In this document: one piece after another, positions 25,296-38,997 of the stretch | How the letters are laid out: the number at the start of each line of letters is the position of its first letter | How positions within the stretch are numbered: the first letter of the stretch is position 1 | Assembly: GCF_964204645.1 (NCBI RefSeq) | Contig: NC_134030.1 | Span: 1,285,355 to 1,349,354, forward strand | Length of the DNA: 64,000 nt | Reading direction: 5' to 3' | DNA from: Tubulanus polymorphus | Taxonomy: Eukaryota; Animalia; Nemertea | Made by a program: the position numbers and the translations under genes | The notes under the pieces: generated by a model | What the model was told of the DNA's origin: nothing | The model's input: the letters and a program-made list of their open reading frames with translations, nothing else | Database searches by the model: none

Positions 25296-27475
25296 GAATT
25301 GTTCATACAACTGTCAACATGGAGTTCATCTCACAAGCAAATTAGGTAATTATCTTATGAAATTGTATGAATTGCCAATTTAACATTTTTGCATTTCAAG
25401 TAGGTGTAATTGAATGTTTGTCAACCTTACTCTTATAAAACTGTGTTAACCGTTGAACAGGATTCTAAGACTGTGCAGAAAACCCGTTATCGCTGCTTTG
25501 CAGCTATAATTATCTGATAAATTAGTATGGAATGCCAATTTTACATTTTTGCATTTAAGTTTAAGTGAGTTTAAAATCACGTTTCATTTGTTGTTTATTT
25601 TGTCTTTTCAGTTTTCAATTTGCCGAGATCAGTCGTCAAAAACTGTTACAACGGAAACTTAGATAACAAAGACTTGATTTGGCAAAGATTGAAGAAATCC
25701 TGCGAAAAGATTATTCATGAATTGTTCATACAACTGTCAACACGGAGTTCATCTCACAAGCAAATTAGGTAATTATCTTATGATTTTGTATGAAATGCTA
25801 ATTTTTACTCGTTAATTTTTTACAAATAAGTTGACTTTGAAATCTTTATTAATTTCTTGTTTATTTTGTTTTTTCAGTTTTCAATTTGCCGAGATCAGTC
25901 ATCAAAAACTGTTACAACGGAAACTAAGATAACAAAGACTTGATTTGGCAAAGATTGAAGAAATCCTGCGAAAAGCTTATTCAAGAATTGTTCATACAAC
26001 TGTCAACATGGAGTTCATCTCACAAGCAAATTAGGTAGTTATCTTATGATTTTGTATGAAATGCTAATTTTTACTCGTTAATTTTTTACAAATAAGTTGA
26101 CTTTGAAATCTTTATTAATTTCTTGTTTATTTTGTTTTTTCAGTTTTCAATTTGCCGAGATCAGTCATCAAAAACTGTTACAACGGAAACTAAGATAACA
26201 AAGACTTGATTTTGCAAAGATTGAAGAAATCCTGCGAAAAGCTTATTCATGAACTGTTCATACAACTGTCAACATGGAGTTCATCTCACAAGCAAATTAG
26301 GTAGTTATCTTATGATTTTGTTTGAAATGCTAATTTTTACTCGTTAATTTTTTACAAATAAGTTGACTTTGAAATCTTTATTAATTTCTTGTTTATTTTG
26401 TTTTTTCAGTTTTCAATTTGCCGAAATCAGTCATAAAAAAACTGTTACAACGGAAACTAAGATAACAAAGACTTGATTTGGCAAAGATTGAAGAAATCCT
26501 GCGAAGAGATTATTCAAGAATTGTTCATACAACTGTCAACATGGAGTTCATCTCACAAACAAATTAGGTAATTATCTTATGGTTTTGTATGAAATGCTAA
26601 TTTTACATTTTTGCATTTAAGTTTAAATGAGTTTAAAATCACGTTTCATTTGCTGTTTATTTTGTCTTTTCAGTTTTCAATTTGCCGAGATCAATCGTCA
26701 GAAAACTGTTTCAACGGAAACTAAGATAACAAAGACTTGATTTGGCAAAGATTGAAGAAATCCTGCGAAGAGATTATTCAAGAATTGTTCATACAACTGT
26801 CAACATGGAGTTCATCTCACAAACAAATTAGGTAATTATCTTATGGTTTTGTATGAAATGCTAATTTTACATTTTTGCATTTAAGTTTAAATGAGTTTAA
26901 AATCACGTTTCATTTGCTGTTTATTTTGTCTTTTCAGTTTTCAATTTGCCGAGATCAATCGTCAGAAAACTGTTTCAACGGAAACTAAGATAACAAAGAC
27001 TTGATTTGGCAAAGATTGAAGAAATCCTGAGAAGAGATTATTCATGAATCATTTAACTGTCAACATGGAGTTCATCTCACGAGCAAATTAGGTAATTATC
27101 TTATGATTTGTATGAAATGCTAATTTTTACATTTAAGTTTAAATGAGTTTAAAATCACGTTTCATTTGTTGTTTATTTTGTCTTTTCAGTTTTCAATTTG
27201 CCGAGATCAGTCGTCAGAAAACTGTTACAATGGAAACTAAGATAACAAAGACTTGATTTCGGCAAAGATTGAAGAAATCCTGAGAAGAGATTATTCATGA
27301 ATTGTTCATACAACTGTCAACATGGAGTTCATCTCACAAGCAAATTAGGTAATTATCTTATGATTTTGTATGAAATGCTAAATTTTACTCGTTATTTTTT
27401 TACTAATAAGTTGACTTTGAAATCTTTATTTATTTCTTGTTTATTTTGTCTTTTCAGTTTTGAATTTGCCGAGAT
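25296..27475 (+). repeat. ~265-bp tandem repeat (~8 units), each with an acceptor-exon-donor structure; candidate repeat-exon lncRNA
   Basis: TTTTCAG|TTTTCAATTTGCCG...CAAATTAG|GTAATT; exon-like part ~157 nt (e.g. 25612-25768) with stops in all three frames. Confidence 0.85.
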
Positions 27476-27575
27476 TCACATGTAGCAGATATAATGGAAT
27501 TAAGTATTGAGAACCGCAACTTAACAATAAACCGGATCAACTTAATATAGTGCTGAGGACCAAAAATAAAGGATA

Positions 27576-27830
27576 AACCCGACCAGTGTAATTCAGTGTC
27601 GAGAACCGCAGTTAAACGATGAACCCGACCAGTGTAATTCAGTGTCGAGAACCGCAGTTAAACGATGAACCCGACCAGTGTAATTCAGTGTCGAGAACCG
27701 CAGTTAAACGATGAACCCGACCAGTGTAATTCAGTGTCGAGAACCGCAGTTAAACGATGAACCCGACCAGTGTAATTCAGTGTCGAGAACCGCAGTTAAA
27801 CGATGAACCGGACCAGTGTAATTCAGTTTC
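27576..27830 (+). repeat. 46-bp tandem repeat, ~5.5 copies
   Basis: AACCCGACCAGTGTAATTCAGTGTCGAGAACCGCAGTTAAACGATG (27601, 27647, 27693). Confidence 0.95.
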
Positions 27831-28019
27831 GCAATAACCGCAATAAAACGATAATCTGGAGTTGTAATAGTGTTGTGTATTTGCGTAGTGGATCAAGTGG
27901 AAGGATTTTAAGTGTATTTGGTGACTTTAATTCGTTCGCATCCAACAGAATCAACAAAGACATTACAAAAAACGACAAAAAATGATTGAATGTAAATGCA
28001 TTGAATTTAGGTTTGATGA

Positions 28020-28995
28020 TCAAGATAATCACTGATCAAGATTGACAGTTATAATCCATAATTGTTGAACTTGATCAGAGATTTTCAAGATCGATTTTAA
28101 GGTGATTCAGAAGTTTAAATCTGATGTTTTAATCTCTGGGACTCAGATATTAAATCAATAGATTTTTACTGCTGAATGATCTTCATGTACAGATGAGCTA
28201 CAATTGTTCCTAGTGTGTTCTGTTAAGACTGATTAAAGGGTGGAAAAATTTGACTCAAATTCAAATTGAGTCGAGTTTTTCCAAGATAATCTCTGATCAA
28301 GATCGGCAGTTACTGGTATAATCCACAATTGTTGAACTTGATTGGTGATTTTCAAGGTCTGTTTTAAGGTGATTCACAAGTTTAAATCTGATGTTTGAAT
28401 CTCTGGGTTCCAGATATTAAATCAATAGATTTTTACTGCTGAATGACCTTCGTGTTCAGATAAGCTACATTTGTTCCTAGTGTGCTGTTAAGAAAGGGTG
28501 GAAAAACTTGACCCAAATTCAAATTGAGTCGAGTTTTTCAAAGATAATCTCTGATCAAGATCGGCAGTTATAATCCATAATTGTTGAACTTGATTGGAGA
28601 TTTTCGAGAACTGTTTTTAAGGTGATTCAGAAGTGTGAATCTGATGTTTTAATCTCTGGGTTTCAGAGATTAAATCAATAGGTTTTAACTTCTGAATCAC
28701 TTTGGGTTTAGGTAAGTTAAAGTGTTTCCTATTGTAATCTGTTAAACTGATTAAAGGGTGGAAAAACTTGATTCAAATTAATAATCTGAATCAAGTTTTC
28801 CAATGATATTCCGCGATCAAGTTCGGCAGTTATAATTCATAACTGTTGAACTCAATTCACAATTAAATGAACTTTTTTAAGGTGATTCAGAAGTATAAAT
28901 CTGATGTTTTAATCTCTGGGTTTCAGAGATTAAATCAATAGGCTTTACTTCTGAATCACTGTTAGGTTTTGATAAGTTGTAAGTTGTTCCTATTG
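28020..28995 (+). repeat. ~260-bp diverged tandem repeat x4
   Basis: GATAATCTCTGATCAAGATCGGCAGTTATAATCC... at ~28025, 28285, 28543, 28806. Confidence 0.85.
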
Positions 28996-30831
28996 TTTAA
29001 TGAATTGGTAGAAATTCTATTTTTAGGTGACAGGTCAAATAGATTAGAACAGTAATTTATGCAGAGGTTGAATTAATTTAATGTTTGATATACCAAAGAA
29101 TGGTTTATTGTGAAGATTTAATTAAAATCTTAAATAAAGAGTTGTTCAATTTCATAAATGTTTTGTTTTCGATGAAGTTTTTTCATTTTCTGGATTTGAG
29201 GAATTTGACTTTAAACACATCGGTGGATTCAGCACAGTTCTGTGGACACAGTTTTTGGACCGAGACCTGGAGACACAGCTCAAGACCCAGTTACAAGTTC
29301 AACTGGACTCCATCCCAAAAAACCCTGGGCCCTTCAAACCTTTAAGTAAGATGCTCACTTACAGATTCATAAAATTGACCCTTATTATCTTGTCATCTGC
29401 AGAACCATCTCAAGAGGCTTAAACCAAGAATTTCTTGTAATGTTCAACAAATGTGAATTACATTAAGTAATTTTTGAGATCGACTTATTACCACCAGTAT
29501 TGAGTTTTTTCTAAATCACAGTCTACTTATTTTATATTCATCCACGATTTCATAGCTCTTTAACTATTCAACCCTTTCCCTGATGGGCCCTGGCCCCAAT
29601 TGCTGAACCCAGTTCTCCAAGTCTAACTTCTGGGTTTAATGGTTTATCAGAGAATTAATGGATTAATTGGAAATAATCTAACAATCAATAAAGTTTAAAA
29701 TTAATTATTTGACATATCGTAATTGATTTTGTTCGCCACAACGCCTTTCTCATCAGGATTATAGCATTTTACTTTCTATGGGTTTTTAAAGGTAAGTTTT
29801 CAAAGGAAAGACAGAATGTCCGAATATACGTCCGGATCCGCCTTTATATGCCTCATTCCGATTCTGCTCATTTGCATATATTTTCAGCAAGTGGAAATTC
29901 CCCGAATTCCAAGATGGCGGCGACCATGATATATTAAATAACAACTATTTTGGGCCAAATCAACGCTTTCTCAAGCTCAATATGAGATTTCCCGAGCGCA
30001 AATGTAACTTAAAAAGAAAATAATCCTGTTGGTTAGTTATATTTTTGATAATTAAATTTATTTGCAAAGTTAAAGTGAAGTTCCAATGACAGATAGAAAC
30101 GTTGAAAGACTGGGGTAGATTGAAACATGCCCTAGCCACTGGCCACTATGAACAGTCCTAAACGTTTTGATCCAACTGCACCAGTTGAGGTCACTAACTG
30201 TGTGGCCTTTATTTAACAATAGTGTGTACATATAAACACAAGGGCCCCCAAACTGCAGTTGCTCTGTTGGTTTTAAATCTGTATATAGTCATAGTCATTT
30301 TTGATCTTATCATCTGTTCTCCACCTTTTTGAGTTTGAGAGTTTTATGAACTGTTGTGAAGATTGAGGAAGTCGATAGAAAGAGATGAAAATTGTTTAAG
30401 TTGTTATCATGAAAATGACTGAGCTTACTATGTACGGTATATACGACCCAGAGGGACATGGCTTATTATGAGAAACATTGAGGTTTTCATGAAAGTTCAT
30501 GAATTTTGCATGAAAGTACAATGTTGGAAAATATATCCCCTATGTCACACTCCCTGATTCTTTTTCATTGCCCTCATTTCTCTGAAAGGCCCTTCAACTG
30601 AATCAGTCTCCAGTCGAAAAGGTTCCTCTTATAAGTTCAATTGTCTATAACTGATGATGGGAGCAGCATCATAGGAGTAGTGCAGGAGCAGTGAGAGCTT
30701 CATAGGAGCAGCAAGACCAGCATCATAGATAGGAACAGTAGCTGAAGAAATGAAACAAGATAAGTAGCATTTGAAATATAGAAAATAGAAAAGCTGTAGA
30801 ATGTTTTCTATTGTAAAAATATTTTCAAATT

Positions 30832-33800
30832 CAGTCTGATTTGTGCCAGATTGTAACTGTAGAAGTTTCACTCATTGTTTCAGTCTAATAGAGATGTGGC
30901 TGGTGTACATGTAACATTGACTGTGTAACACTGCAGTCATTTCTTCAATTATTCCTCCTCAGTTGGAAGAATGTTTGTTCTCTCATCTTCATTAGCGATA
31001 AGAATCAATCCCATCCATCTACCAACAACATCGTCAAATTTCCACTTATCTAATCCTAGAGGGAATGAGTAGTATGAGGTTTGGGTATGGAATTGGGCAG
31101 GGTATGGTGTAGTTGACAGTTAGGGTAGGATAGGGTAATGTGATGAGGTAAGGTCGGTCGGATGATGCAGGGTTATTTGATGTGGTTGGATTGGATGATG
31201 AGTTTGATATGGAACTGGTCGAGGTGGGTGTATGTGGTAGTGTACGGTGTGTATGTTCGGAGGGTGTATGATAACTGATTGAAAGGTTGCTGTTAGAGGT
31301 CAGTGCAGTAGTGATGCTGGTATAGTTTGTGTAAGGTAGGCGTCGGTGTACCGGGTTAAGTATAGGGTAAGGCATGGTCAGAGTAATGTTACCGTAGAGG
31401 AAAAGTTATGTGGGGAAGGGTGTTTTTGTTTTCAGCCCACTTGAGACTTAAGTCTCAGCGGGCCGTTGCATTTTCTTTTCATCCGTTGTCGTATCCGCAG
31501 ACGGAATACAGTTATTTTTGGAGGTTTTTAAGTTTTCCAACGCCACTGCACATGTTCTCCAGGGGGTGTTGAGTGTAGAATTTTCAGATTGTCAGGAATT
31601 TCACCAAGTGTGCATTGGTGTCCCTGGACTCCCCAATTTTGAAATTAGGGTGAATTCTGTAGAATTCTAATGATTGGTTAAATGGGCATCACTCTTTATT
31701 GGAATTCTGTGCTTAAAATATTGAATACGAAAGTAAGAACAGACGTCGAAGCTGTCACTGTGGACAGTGAATCTATTTCTGATTTGTCTGGATGTGACGG
31801 CGCAGGTGGTGGCCATAACTTCGAGGTCACCTCTTAATCATTACATGTCCTTAGATGGATAGGACACAAGGGTAAATGAAAACATTCTTTAGGTTACTGC
31901 CAGGTTTTAGGGTATCGTACCAAGCCTTACCTTCCCGACCTCCTTCCCGCGCTAGCTATTCCAAAATCTCTATATGAGATACATCGAGAACGATGCTATT
32001 GAAGATTGAATTCATCGATTCATTTTGGAATTGAAACTTGTTTCATGGAACAAATGGTGCTGCAAATAAACAATATCATCAAACAATGATTCTGATTGAC
32101 TATAGTGAACTGCTGCCCTACTACTGGTTTTAAAAGCAATTATTGAGATAGATTCCAATCCAGTTCAATTACTATATTTCCCATATAGACACTTACTGCC
32201 GGTTGGTACTGGTACATAGCCAGGAGAGACAGCCATAAGAAAAAGAAAGAATATGAAGAACATGAAGAGTGGGGGGTTTAGTCCACTGTCTGCCTAGCGG
32301 GTAGGCAGTGGTCTATTCCTACCTCGACTCAAAAAAAGAAAAAAGATATGAAGAGTGGGGTCCGAGAGCAATTCGAAGGTTCAGTCCCCTGTCCGCCTAG
32401 CGGGTAGGCAGTGGTCTATTCCTACCTCGACTCAAAAAAAGAAAAAAGATATGAAGAGTGGGGTCCGAGAGCAATTCGAAGGTTTAGTCCCCTGTCCGCC
32501 TAGCGGGTAGGTAGTGGTCTATACCTACCTCGACTCAAAAAAAAAGGTGAGCTTAAAGCCACCAAGCACAAAAGTGGGGTCCGAAGGGTAGTCCTCTGCT
32601 GGCTTAGAGGGCAGGCATTGGTCTATTCTTACCTCACGTGCTTAAAAATGTTCACAAAAATGGCTATTAAGAGAGAGAGTGAGAGAGAGGAGGTGCTAAG
32701 TTTCCTGTACTTGACTGGGTGTAAAGTGATCAATAATGGAAATCATTTACGGTAAACCTTGAGTTTACTAACAATGTATTTTGGGTTCAGAGTCTATTTC
32801 TCAACAGTTTGCTGTTAACAAGCTGGTAGTAGGGTAAAAACTACCGGTATTCAGAGATTTGTGAATCAGAAGTTTTGCCGTCATTTGCTTCATGAATCAT
32901 TCACTTGTTAAAATGAATGATGTGACACACATGTAAAATACTGTTACTGATTTGTCATTGTTTTGATGGTGTCTTAATGTTCAATATCTTGCAGGTATCA
33001 TCTCCTTGCATTTCACATAGAATTGAGGAGTAGTTTGAGCGAATGGGAGGCATGGAGAGATTTGGCTCAAGATATCTCACTCGTTCGTTTAGGTTTAGTT
33101 TGAGATCATCTAATCAGCTTAAGTGTATACATCCTCGACTACTTTTCAACTAGTAGTTCATCGTAGGTTTTAGACGTCACATCCATAGCTCCTTCCACTA
33201 CTCGTGAATTTACAATTCATTCCTATCCGATGATGTTATTTATGATGGAATGTGTTAAAGTAGATGTCTATGTGTTTTCATCTTTTGGTAAATCGTGAAA
33301 AAATCTGGCTAATTTGAATCGAAAGCCATTGATTATTATCTTGCGCGGTAATGATGGAAAAATTCAAAATGCGAATAGCTGTGTGGAATAAGAGAATGTC
33401 TGGAAAGGATTTGAGACATTGAGATGTGTAAAGGGAGACTGATTACACCTGTACTGTCCTAGCCCCTCCCCAGGCAGTCACCACCTCGCCCCAACCAATT
33501 CTACCAAATCACCCTCACCTCAACAACATCAAAATCCCTTTCACTTTTCCTCTACCATTATTTTTACCATGCCAGCTACCTTATCCCTAACCCTGCAAAC
33601 CACACTCTACTCTACACAAATCATATTAACATCACAACTGTACCGTCCTCCAGCACCAACCTTTCTTCATTGTCAGACACCTCTCTAACTATACATCGTA
33701 CACTACCACGTACACCCACCTCGACCGGTTCTATAACAAGCTGATCATCTAATCCAGCCATATCAAACAACCCTGCATCATCCAACCTGACCTTACCTTA

Positions 33801-34113
33801 CCACAATACCCTATCCTCCCCTAACATGTCAATCACACCATGCCCTGCCCCATTCCATACCCAAGCGCCATAACACTCATTCCCTCTATGATTGAATAAG
33901 ATAGAAATGTTACAATGTTGTAGTTAGACGGATGGGATTGATTTTCTTTGCTAATGAAGATGAGAGAACAAACATTCTTCTAACTGAGGAGGAATAAGTG
34001 AACAAACTACAGCGGTGTTACACATTCAATGTTACATGTACATCAGTTATATCTCAATTAGACTGAAACAATGAGTGAAACTTCTACAGTTACAATCTGA
34101 CACAAATCAGACT
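30832..34113. repeat. Pair of ~580-bp diverged inverted repeats (30832-31410 / 33540-34113) around a 2.1-kb spacer
   Basis: CAGTCTGATTTGTGCCAGATTGTAACTGTAGAAGTTTCACTCATTGTTTCAGTCTAAT is the reverse complement of 34057-34113; similarity continues along both arms. Confidence 0.85.
32262..32640 (+). repeat. ~102-bp GC-rich, A-tailed tandem repeat x3-4
   Basis: GAAGAGTGGGGTCCGAG...CTGTCCGCCTAGCGGGTAGGCAGTGGTCTATTCCTACCTCGACTCAAAAAAA. Confidence 0.85.
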
Positions 34114-34376
34114 GTGTCAGAAAACATTTTTTCATTTAGCCCCACGTGCTGAGTGGATGATAGACATCATGAGACTCATCAAATTTTGAGAAATTAGTTT
34201 AATTGAAAAATTAATTTAAGCAATGTCTGTTTTTGCATTTCAGAGGTTGATGTTACCTGAACATGCAGTTCTGAGCTGACTCCAGATCAGGTGAGCATAT
34301 TTGCAGTGAAATTGGATAAAATCATGACATTTTCCAAAAGCTCTTATTAGTGGAATTTTATCTCTATAGCCCTTGA

Positions 34377-34901
34377 TCCAAGTGCTGCCCAGTGAGACAC
34401 TGTCTGGTGAACTCAACATCCAAGTGCTACAGAATCTACCCCCAGTGAGACACTGTCTGGTGAACTCAACATCCAAGTGCTGCAGAATCTACCTCCAGTG
34501 AGACACTGTCTGGTGAACTCAACATCCAAGTGCTACAGAATCTACCTCCAGTGAGACACTGTCTGGTGAACTCAACATCCAAGTGCTACAGAATCTATCC
34601 CCAGTGAGACACTGTCTGGTGAACTCAACATCCAAGTGCTACAGAATCTACCCCCAGTGAGACACTGTCTGGTGAACTCAACATCCAAGTGCTACAGAAT
34701 CTACCCCCAGTGAGACACTGTCTGGTGAACTCAACATCCAAGTGCTACAGAATCTACCCCCAGTGAGACACTGTCTGGTGAACTCAACATCCAAGTGCTG
34801 CAGAATCTACCCCTAGTGAGACACTGTCTGGTGAACTCAACATCCAAGTGCTGCAGAATCTACCTCCAGTAAGACACTGTCTGGTGAACTCAACATCCAA
34901 G
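34377..34901 (+). repeat. 53-bp tandem repeat, ~10 copies
   Basis: CCAGTGAGACACTGTCTGGTGAACTCAACATCCAAGTGCTACAGAATCTACC(C/T), period 53. Confidence 0.95.
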
Positions 34902-37900
34902 GAGATGATCTGTTAATTACACTCATGGTTGTGCTGGCTACTGATATGGGAGGTATGTATCGTATCTGGAGCCAATTTCACTTTGATTCCAACAACTAAT
35001 TTCTTATGATTCTCCATTTCATTTTCCATTAGAAGGAACTGTGTTATTATGATTTGTCTGAGTGTCCGTTAATGTTAGTTGAACTGTAACTCAGAGAAGT
35101 GAACCGTGGATGTGACAACTCCACACAGATGTCATGTATGTATCTGGACAATTTTCATTATCAATGTCTTTCTGTTTTAGTTTTCCGCAGAAGAATCTGA
35201 TAAATATAATGTTATGGACTTTGTGTTTTTCTTTTGAGTGTCTATCATCATTAGCTTATTTCATCATTAACAATTTTATTAATTTTTTCCTTCAGTTTAA
35301 AGAATCTGTTTAAGGAGATGATCTGTTAATTACACTCATGGTTGTGCTAGCTACTGATGAGTGGTATGTATCGTATATGGAGCCAATTTCTATTTGATTT
35401 CAACAACTAATTTCTTATGATTTTATTCAGTTTGTTTTCCTTCAGAAGAAACTTTGTTATTATCAATTGACTGAGCCTCCATCATTATTAGTTAAACTGT
35501 AACTGAGAGACATGAACCACGAATATCCTAACTCTTTAGTCAATGTGTATGTATCAGGACAACTTTCTGATTATCGATATCTTACTGTATGATTTTCCTG
35601 CAGAAGAATCTGATGAATATAATGTTATGGACTGAATGTGTTTTTCATTTTAGTGTCCATCATCATTAGTTTAACTATAACTGAAGAGACCTGAACCAGG
35701 GATGTTATAATTCCAATGTTGATATGTATGTATCACGACAACTTTCGTTATCAATGATTTTCATTTTTCGAAATCTATGAAATACGGTAGATGTGTGATT
35801 GAATCTATATTGTTCTCATTTCAGAGTCTGCTACATACATGTGATACGTGCACAGAGAGACAAATTATATTAATTTTAAACACTTATCCCTTAGTTATCA
35901 ATGATTTTCCATATTGTTTTAATCTGTTAGGAGAACTGAACTCTGGTCCTGAACATGTTTCAACTCTTCTATCAATACGTGGTTTGTATGGAAACAGAAT
36001 TTCCTGCAATAGAATCTGATGAATAGATGTCATGATATTATGTTATTCTCATTTCAGTGTCCATCATCATAAGTTGAACTGTACAGAAACCAATAGCTGA
36101 ATTGAACTGATCTCCGCAGTCAATGGTTGCAGATGGCTACAGATACGAGTGGTATGTGTGTATGGACACATTTTCAACAACTGATTTTGTATTTTATATT
36201 CTGTAGAGGAATCTTTGAGAGATAGATGTTATAGAATCTGTTATTTTCAGTGTTGATCAATGTTAGTTGAACTGTAATGAGTAGAACCAGTAGTTACTCC
36301 ACAGTCAATGGTTTAGTCAGTTACAGACATACATACAAATAGTCAGCAATAATTCCCTCAAGTGCTGTTCTGTTAAGACAATTTGTTGTAAGTAAACCCA
36401 CAATGTACGTGATGTGGTTTGTGTGTATGGAGACAATTTCATTATTTTCATTAATTATTTGTTAGGCAATGACAAATTGTCCATGGGATGACCGATTACC
36501 AGTAGATGACCAGGGAACAGTCTACATGTATGTATCGAGACAATTTTCTGTTGTTTTGAGGAATCTATAAGAGATAAATGTTATAGAATCTGTTATTCTT
36601 ATTTCAGTGTCCGTCATCATGAGTTGAAACAAATATCTGATTTGAAGTGAACTCTGCAGTCATTCAACCCTTACACATATATAAGTTACGTATTAGTGAT
36701 ATTTACCACTGACAGACAATTAAAACAACTTGTATAATAATGATTCACTGTTTGTGAATGAACTTGTGAACAGTCGCTACTCCTTAATGCTATCAGTTAC
36801 AGCCACCTTTTGATAGAATCTCTGTCTAAACCTCTTGCATGATCATCTATATCTCAATTATAATATAATAAATACTAATCCTTCATTTTAACTCTCTTCT
36901 ATTCTAATACATTGTATGAGTCAAAAGATGGTTGTCATTGATAGAATTAGGGACGCTATACAGCTGGCTAATTGTCATAATCTAAACCCTTTTTGTGTTC
37001 ACTGCATACTCTGTGACCCTCCACTTCAATGCATTTTAATTGATTCAATTTCACCAACTTTTTATATTTTTTTTTCATGTCAGCGTCAATCATTTTTACC
37101 TGCTGCAGGTAGAAATGAATCCACTGCTTGAGTGGCTATAAAAGTCGTTGGTGAAGACAAGTACACTCAATTGGAGACAATAATTTCTTTTAGATCTGAC
37201 AGTGGTAGGAATTGTAACATTTTAATATATAAGGGGCACATCTAGAAAATTGGAAGACACGTTTTAATTGATATCTGTTATTTTACGTGTTTCAGCTTCA
37301 AAATTATCCGAGTTCTACCAAATGAGATTATTCACCCATGAAGACTCGACTGATTCATACCCACATAAGGTAGTTGTACTTTCATTTTTATTAAACATTT
37401 CAATAATTAAAATTGGCGATATTAAGAAGAAAAAAGAAATTCGTAAAAATTGCATTATTTAAAGTACTTAAAACCTATTCATAAATAACAATGCGGTACC
37501 GCTACATAACAGATGGCACCACTATACGGTCGTTGCTACTACTAGACTGGTTACCTGTATAATAAGTACAATACAATGAATTTTATTCGCACGGTGACGT
37601 ATGTATTGGCATTGAAGCGCTCACTTATAATTCTATTGTTTTGAATGGGGATACTATGTAGACCCAGAAAACAACGAAGGCTGCATTACGATTGCACCTT
37701 ACACACAGGGCCACCTTCGGTTATCGGAGTCAGTCGACTTATAATAGTCCCGAGTAACTCATGTCAAATGTCGGAACTATATTCCGGAAATAGTTCGAAA
37801 ATCAAGCGCATTCGGTTATTAGTTCCAACCACTGGTCGACTAGCTACCTATTACCGAATTTGGCCCAGCCTGTCTAACTCTGGATTCGCAACTGGCAACC

Positions 37901-37934
37901 GAGTTAAGTGCTTCTCGCTAGCCAGGTTGCCGCT

Positions 37935-38033
37935 AAGCGGCCACCAGTCTATAATATTAACCCAATCACACGTCTGTCACTCGCTGATTCGCTACGCATC
38001 TGATTGGCTAGATATATAGACTGGTGGCCGCTT
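37935..38033. repeat. Palindromic MITE-like element
   Basis: 19-bp perfect inverted repeat AAGCGGCCACCAGTCTATA / TATAGACTGGTGGCCGCTT. Confidence 0.7.
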
Positions 38034-38626
38034 GACCATTGAGGCAAGCGAGGATGGTTGCGTGACTTATCGAAATGTTCGCTTGCCACAGCAGGAATAC
38101 CGTCCAATGTAATAAGTGTTTATGTATTAATTGTAGGAATGCCTGGTGATGTAGATCAAGTTCACAGAAACTGAAAACAGAAAGAAACCTTGCGGAATCT
38201 ATTGTGTATAAATAAATATATTTATTATCGTGTTGTGTTGTTTATTCTGAGTGCGATCTGTGGTGATTCAACCACTTGGTCCTCTCAAGTTTTTTTCCCC
38301 ATCCAAATTTTTGAATCCGTTTGCGCCGTTTTGACTGAAGTGATCTTTAAATTTGTATTAGTTCTAAGACTTAGACAGGTCTTAAATTCTTTCAGTTGCG
38401 GCCACCTCTCGACAAAAATCTATTGTACTAATCCTTAATAACTTTTAATAACTTCTAATCGCATGCGTCGAAAGGTGGCTGTCATAGATGGAATTAGAGA
38501 TATGATCGATGTCTAAGATGAATACAATTGCGTTTAATTTGAAACTGCTAAACAGTTGCAGTAAGAGTTAAATAACGATCATCACTGTATCTATGCTTGT
38601 GATGATTGTTCCACTCTCAGTAATTA

Positions 38627-38814
38627 CAGAGCTGCCAACTGTTACTGATTTCCAGTATTAGTTAGTATTTTATAACGAGAAATACTGATCTGATTTGTGA
38701 AGGTCTTGCCGTTGATTACTGATTAATTGAACATTCTTTTCATATTTCAATGAAACGTTACTGAAAAAAATTCAATTTGCTACTGATAGGACTTTTCAAA
38801 GGTTGGCAGCCCTG
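38627..38814. mobile_element. hAT-like MITE
   Basis: TIRs CAGAGCTGCCAAC / GTTGGCAGCCCTG; flanks TAATTA / TAGTTA. Confidence 0.7.
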
Positions 38815-38900
38815 TAGTTATCTTGGTCTCGCAACTTTACCACCTCAGTACCGGCGACGCATCACTCGTAATCCTCGCCTTCCATGCCGCGCATTTAGCT

Positions 38901-38997
38901 ATCCTCGCTTGCCGGGGTTTAATTGGTTCTGCCCAATCAGATGCGTTGTTTTTCTACCAACAAGGGGCGCCAATTTAAACCCCGGCAAGCGAGGATT
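38901..38997. mobile_element. Palindromic MITE of a dispersed ATCCTCGCTTGCC-ended family
   Basis: ATCCTCGCTTGCCGGGGTTTAA / TTAAACCCCGGCAAGCGAGGAT; related ends near 8290, 8311, 13977, 42299 and 56655. Confidence 0.6.

Larger units (their letters stand above)
34244..38230 (+). ncRNA. Candidate multi-exon non-coding transcript
   Basis: Exon-like blocks with YAG/GT borders (34244-34290, 34370-34952, 37296-37369, terminal block from 38138 with AATAAA at 38211) and degenerate repeated TTCAG..GTATGT units at 34900-36660; no continuous ORF. Confidence 0.35.

Noticed and set aside
29790-30009. Octamer + YY1 motifs as a promoter, or a Kolobok-like MITE
   Set aside because: TIR match is weak and there is no linked exon; the two readings cannot be distinguished.
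31617-31629. 13-bp match GGTGTCCCTGGAC to the 47-bp satellite as its origin
   Set aside because: Too short to establish ancestry.
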